Virus record (IMG/VR): IMGVR_UViG_3300008339_000030
Span: 58,531 to 78,530 of that record
Strand: one strand, 5' to 3'
Length of the DNA: 20,000 nucleotides
Source: an uncultured virus (IMG/VR IMGVR_UViG_3300008339_000030)
Lineage: Duplodnaviria > Heunggongvirae > Uroviricota > Caudoviricetes
Below, one piece after another: positions 16,175 to 20,000 of the stretch. The notes beneath the pieces are model-generated. The model had not been told where the DNA came from. It saw only the letters and a program-made list of their open reading frames with translations, and ran no database searches. The position numbers and the translations under genes are program-made. Positions within the stretch are counted from its first letter, which is position 1, and every line of letters starts with the position of its first letter.

Positions 16175-17434
16175 ATGTTTGAATATGTTGCTTCTGGGTT
16201 ATCCTTTCTGCGTTGCAACTTTAAGGATACACATACAGGATATCTATTGGGTGAATTGAATAAAATGTGGGGACATATTCGTGGTAAATATGACCACGAA
16301 TTTTCATTCCTGTATAACGCCTATATTGAAAAGCATTTCGGTGAGGTGTTTTATGGTGCCTATCGTGGTAAAGGTATTAATCAGGTGTATGCCGACTCGG
16401 GCGGTCTACAAATTGTCACACAAGGATTGACCATCACGCCGGCATTAAAACAGAAGGTGTACGAGAGTCAAGCCATGTACTCTGATTGCGCCATGAGTTT
16501 TGATGAAATTCCTGTGAGCATTATTGGCACAAAGGCGGTACGTTCAGATATTAACAGTAAATATTTTGATAGAAATAAATTTGAATGGTGTGCGCGTGAA
16601 TCAGGCAGAAATGTGAAGAACCAAATTGACACATTCATCGCCATGAAATCTGATGCCAAGCCCATGTTCATTGTACAAGGCGGTGACCTTGACACATACA
16701 TCAAATGGTGTGAGTTGGCACTGGAAGAAATTCCTAAGGAATATCATGAACGCATTGGCGGTGTCGCCATGGGTTCAGGTGGTATCGGTAACGGGATGTT
16801 TGAAGATTGTAAGCGAGCATTTTATTACACACAAACACCCTTGTTTGAAATGAACAATCATCTCCATTTGTTAGGTATTGGTGCAGTATCACGTATGGTA
16901 CCTACATTGGCAATGATTGAAAGTGGCTTATACACAAACAAACATATTAGTTATGATAGTACGACCCATACATCGGGTGTACAAATGGGAAGATACTATG
17001 GTCCTGATTTCTCTTGGATTACTCCCGGCAAACACTTCATCAATGAAAATGGTCCTCAGTATTCCATTATCAATGCCGACATCAAGAAAAATGTTCCGTT
17101 CTATGATGTAACAGATGAAGTATTCCATGAGGTCATGAACATCAGTGTTCGAAAGTATCAGGCAAAAACAAATGATCCTAATCCGCCCATTCTTGCATTT
17201 AACGCATACTTCACTTCATCAGTCATTAACTTTCTACGTCACTTAGATACCATGAGAAAGGATTTTTCACAGATTCATACATTGATGAGTGACGATGAAT
17301 ACAATGCCATGATGGCGTTTAGTCGAGTTAAAAACAGAGTGGATTTTGAAAAGTGGGAAAATGAAATGGGACGATATCTCCCAAGTCAAGCTGTTCGTGA
17401 TGGCATACCTGCAACATTACCTGAGGACTTTTAA
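16175..17434 (+). CDS. dpdA: DNA 7-deazaguanine transglycosylase (TGT-fold, DpdA family)
   Basis: TGT-barrel motifs YADSGGLQ, SFDEIP, FIVQG, GVAMG, HLHLLGIG and SYDSTT. It lacks the C-terminal CxCxxC zinc site of tRNA Tgt and is clustered with folE/queD/queE in a phage. Confidence 0.85.
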   Translation: MFEYVASGLSFLRCNFKDTHTGYLLGELNKMWGHIRGKYDHEFSFLYNAYIEKHFGEVFYGAYRGKGINQVYADSGGLQIVTQGLTITPALKQKVYESQAMYSDCAMSFDEIPVSIIGTKAVRSDINSKYFDRNKFEWCARESGRNVKNQIDTFIAMKSDAKPMFIVQGGDLDTYIKWCELALEEIPKEYHERIGGVAMGSGGIGNGMFEDCKRAFYYTQTPLFEMNNHLHLLGIGAVSRMVPTLAMIESGLYTNKHISYDSTTHTSGVQMGRYYGPDFSWITPGKHFINENGPQYSIINADIKKNVPFYDVTDEVFHEVMNISVRKYQAKTNDPNPPILAFNAYFTSSVINFLRHLDTMRKDFSQIHTLMSDDEYNAMMAFSRVKNRVDFEKWENEMGRYLPSQAVRDGIPATLPEDF

Positions 17435-17436
17435 TC

Positions 17437-17808
17437 ATGATAAAGCGTTACATTGAAGTGACATTTCAGAAAGAAGGTATTCACAAATATCCCGCAGCAT
17501 TGACTGACCCGAAATTGAAAGATGTAGAATTTTTAGGATATCCTCATAGACACATGTTTCATTTCCGTGTTCGTGTATCGGTGACACATAATGACCGAGA
17601 CATTGAATTCATCTTATTCAAGCGTGAACTTGAACATCTATATCAAGGCACGTTGCATGTTGATTATAAGAGCTGTGAAATGTTGGCAGAAGATTTAATA
17701 GAGTACATTACTAATGTTTATCCGGGCAGAGAAGTTGAAGTAGGTGTGAGTGAAGATGGTGAGAACGGTGCAATCATTCAATATCAACCAATGGGGAGTT
17801 TGACATGA
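17437..17808 (+). CDS. dpdL: QueD-like T-fold protein, probable CDG decarboxylase DpdL
   Basis: 123 aa with EGIH, LGYPHRHMF (LxxxHRHxF in place of QueD CxxxHGH), DRDIEF, SCEMLA and V.VSEDGENG; directly downstream of dpdA. The DpdL motif is recalled from the literature, not searched. Confidence 0.75.
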   Translation: MIKRYIEVTFQKEGIHKYPAALTDPKLKDVEFLGYPHRHMFHFRVRVSVTHNDRDIEFILFKRELEHLYQGTLHVDYKSCEMLAEDLIEYITNVYPGREVEVGVSEDGENGAIIQYQPMGSLT

Positions 17809-18968
17809 AGATTTTCTATATGGGATTGGAATCATATGAATCACGATATACATTGCAACTAACTAAGTGGGCAACTACCACTATGGATCGTCGTGGTGTT
17901 GAATATGTGATTGTTCCCGGCAAGACCATTGATAACAGTCAGGCAATTTCTGTGGGACAGGTTCTTGATGCACATGGAAGAAGTTATTTCGCTATGTCAC
18001 AAATGATGAATCTTGTGCAGATGATGAAAGATGGGACAGTCACCGGTGAAGATGCCATCTTTTTTGAAGATATGTTTCAACCCGGCATTGAATCGCTTCC
18101 TTACATCATGAATCAAATCCCTGAAAAGGATCGACCGAAGGTGTGGGTACGTTGTCTTGCACAAAGCATTGATCCTGATGACTTTGTTCATGTGTGGGGT
18201 ATGGCACCTTGGATGAGTAAGTATGAACACATGGTGAATGATTTTGTTACGGGTGTTCTTGCGTCAAATGAAGAAATGGTGGCACATATGAAGATTGCAG
18301 GTTGGACAGCACCTCTCTACAACATTTCAGGCTTGACGTTTGACCGTGATGAGGTGAGAAGTCGAGTATCGCATATTCCAGAATTCTCATCTAGAAAGAT
18401 GCGTGTTGTATTTGCTGCTCGGTTTGACCAAGAAAAGCAACCCAACTTCTTCATGGATATTGCTGAACAAGTTGCAGAAACATATAACATTGAATTTGCC
18501 ATAGTATCGGGCGGTCCATTACGGAGTAACAATCCGGTATATTTGGAACGTGCTCGTAAATTAGAAAAGAGTGGTCTTTTAAAGATTTATGATAATCTTT
18601 CTAAGAATGAGTATTATGAGATTGTTGCCAATAGTCGTGTATTGTTTAATTGTGCATTACAAGATTGGGTAAGTAACACGGTGTCTGAGGCAGATGCACT
18701 TGAATGTAATGTGTTGTATCCTGCCTATCGGTCATTCCCAGAAACGTTTGCCAATGATGCTGAACGTTTATATGTACCTTGGTCACAACAAGATGCCATT
18801 AACAAGTTGTTCAGGCACTTGAATGAACCTCATAGAAACATGGGAAAGATTTCAGCTTGGACATCACAGACAATGGATAGAATTCTAGATGTGATGTTGG
18901 GTCAAGGTGAAGCATGGCGCCGGGATGATAATCGTTATCGTGACTACACTTCTACAAACAAATACTGA
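17805..18968 (+). CDS. GT-B fold glycosyltransferase (GT4-like)
   Basis: 387 aa with a two-domain layout; VVFAARFDQEKQP (R-x4-K donor binding), LSKNEYYE, QDWVSNTVSEA (D-x7-E variant of E-x7-E) and VLYP.YRSFPE. ATGA overlap with dpdL. Confidence 0.85.
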   Translation: MKIFYMGLESYESRYTLQLTKWATTTMDRRGVEYVIVPGKTIDNSQAISVGQVLDAHGRSYFAMSQMMNLVQMMKDGTVTGEDAIFFEDMFQPGIESLPYIMNQIPEKDRPKVWVRCLAQSIDPDDFVHVWGMAPWMSKYEHMVNDFVTGVLASNEEMVAHMKIAGWTAPLYNISGLTFDRDEVRSRVSHIPEFSSRKMRVVFAARFDQEKQPNFFMDIAEQVAETYNIEFAIVSGGPLRSNNPVYLERARKLEKSGLLKIYDNLSKNEYYEIVANSRVLFNCALQDWVSNTVSEADALECNVLYPAYRSFPETFANDAERLYVPWSQQDAINKLFRHLNEPHRNMGKISAWTSQTMDRILDVMLGQGEAWRRDDNRYRDYTSTNKY

Positions 18969-18978
18969 GGAGATGACA

Positions 18979-19422
18979 ATGAAATTCTATTCAACGAAAA
19001 CATTTGGTAATGAGCGTGGTTTGAGCTGTGCATTTCGTCAATGGCGAGCAAAATCACATTGCAATCAAATTCATGGTTATAGTTTAGGATTTCGTTTCAT
19101 CTTTGAGGCAGATGTCCTAGATGAAAGAAACTGGGTATATGACTTTGGTGATACCAAGTGGATTAAGGAATACTTAGATGTTGCCTTTGACCACACAACG
19201 GCAGTTGCCAAGGATGATCCTTTGCTTCCCTTGTTCAAACAAATGGATAAGGAAGGCGGATGCACATTGCGTATTTTTGATAGTGTTGGATGTGAAGCAT
19301 TTGCTCATATGGTATATGTTGACATTGCCCCCGGTGTTGTACACAAGACGAACGGGCGAGTTCGCCTTAAGAGTGTGGAAGTATTTGAACATGGGAGCAA
19401 CTCTGCCCTGTACGAGGGATAA
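18979..19422 (+). CDS. queD: 6-carboxy-5,6,7,8-tetrahydropterin synthase (QueD/PTPS family)
   Basis: HCNQIHGY, LDERNWVYDFG, FDH, GCEAFA and VEVFEH..NSA.Y; GAGGAG RBS at 18967-18972 favours ATG 18979 (18973 possible). Confidence 0.88.
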   Translation: MKFYSTKTFGNERGLSCAFRQWRAKSHCNQIHGYSLGFRFIFEADVLDERNWVYDFGDTKWIKEYLDVAFDHTTAVAKDDPLLPLFKQMDKEGGCTLRIFDSVGCEAFAHMVYVDIAPGVVHKTNGRVRLKSVEVFEHGSNSALYEG

Positions 19423-20000
19423 ATGAAAGTTGCCATAATCACAGATACACATTTTGGTGCGCGAAATGATTCACAGCATTTCGACGCCTATTTCCGAAAA
19501 TTTTATGATGAAGTATTTTTCCCATATCTAGATGAAACGGGAATCAAAACTCTTTTGCATTTAGGGGATGTATTCGATAGAAGAAAGTACATCAACTTCA
19601 ATACACTACGTTCATGTAAGGAATATTTTTTCGAGCAACTAAAGATACGTGGTATTGACATGAAGGTGATTCCTGGCAATCATGATACATATTATAAGAA
19701 TACAAATGAAGTGAATAGTTTAGATTTATTGTTACGGGAATATCATAACATTGAAATCATTGAAGACCCAACCATCACACAATTAGATGGTCGCACAGTA
19801 TCTTTTATTCCTTGGATGTGTGCAGAGAACTATGATGCCTGTATGAAAGTCATTCAACAACCTGCTGAGTTATGTTTTGGGCATTTTGAAATTGCCGGAT
19901 TTGATATGTTTCGTGGGGCAAAGAATGATGGAGGTATGGATAGACAGGTTCTGAAAAACTATTCAATGGTACTCACAGGACATTTCCATCATCGTAGCAC
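19423..20000 (+). CDS. gp47: Recombination endonuclease subunit (Mre11/SbcD-like), 3' truncated; absent from the ORF track
   Basis: Translated by hand: MKVAIITDTHFGARND...HLGDVFDRRK...IPGNHDTYYKNTN...IPW...FGHFE...GHFHHRS, i.e. the metallophosphoesterase motifs; GAGG RBS. Confidence 0.95.
   Translation, partial: MKVAIITDTHFGARNDSQHFDAYFRKFYDEVFFPYLDETGIKTLLHLGDVFDRRKYINFNTLRSCKEYFFEQLKIRGIDMKVIPGNHDTYYKNTNEVNSLDLLLREYHNIEIIEDPTITQLDGRTVSFIPWMCAENYDACMKVIQQPAELCFGHFEIAGFDMFRGAKNDGGMDRQVLKNYSMVLTGHFHHRS

Noticed and set aside
16175..17434. tRNA-guanine transglycosylase (tgt) for queuosine synthesis
   Set aside because: It lacks the CxCxxC zinc motif, no queC/queF/queA is nearby, and the phage context favours a DNA-acting DpdA. 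Not formally excluded.
155..19452. Many short minus-strand ORFs and alternative-frame plus ORFs (e.g. 6007-6234, 12500-12682, 16653-16853, 19178-19426)
   Set aside because: They lie within or across well-supported + strand genes, show no recognisable motifs, and look like shadows of codon bias.
1..20000. Introns, inteins, homing endonucleases, tRNAs, CRISPR arrays, stop-codon reassignment
   Set aside because: Core genes are uninterrupted under the standard code, intergenic gaps are small, and I saw no cloverleaf or repeat-spacer pattern.

Overview
This window comes from a T4-like myophage genome with the gene order seen in aquatic T4-like phages; every supported gene is on the + strand. Bases 1-10959 hold the virion morphogenesis block: the terminase gp17 C-terminus, sheath gp18, tube gp19, portal gp20, a modular gp67-like core protein, two hypotheticals, protease gp21, scaffold gp22, capsid gp23 and tail terminator gp3, with T4 late promoters (TATAAATA and variants). 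It is followed by uvsY, uvsW, a conserved hypothetical and the late sigma factor gp55. Between gp55 and gp47 lies a tightly packed ~5.4 kb, 7-gene 7-deazaguanine DNA-modification cluster: queE, folE, a DEDDh exonuclease, dpdA, a QueD-like dpdL (LxxxHRHxF), a GT-B glycosyltransferase and queD. No queC, queF or arcS is present in the window. The most interesting signal is the glycosyltransferase translationally coupled to dpdL, which suggests a possibly undescribed glycosylated 7-deazaguanine base. Other notable signals are non-canonical QueE and QueD metal motifs, a near-copy of the cluster promoter inside queE, and a structured gp23-gp3 intergenic region with a candidate antisense sRNA. All calls come from reading motifs and synteny by eye; no database searches were run.
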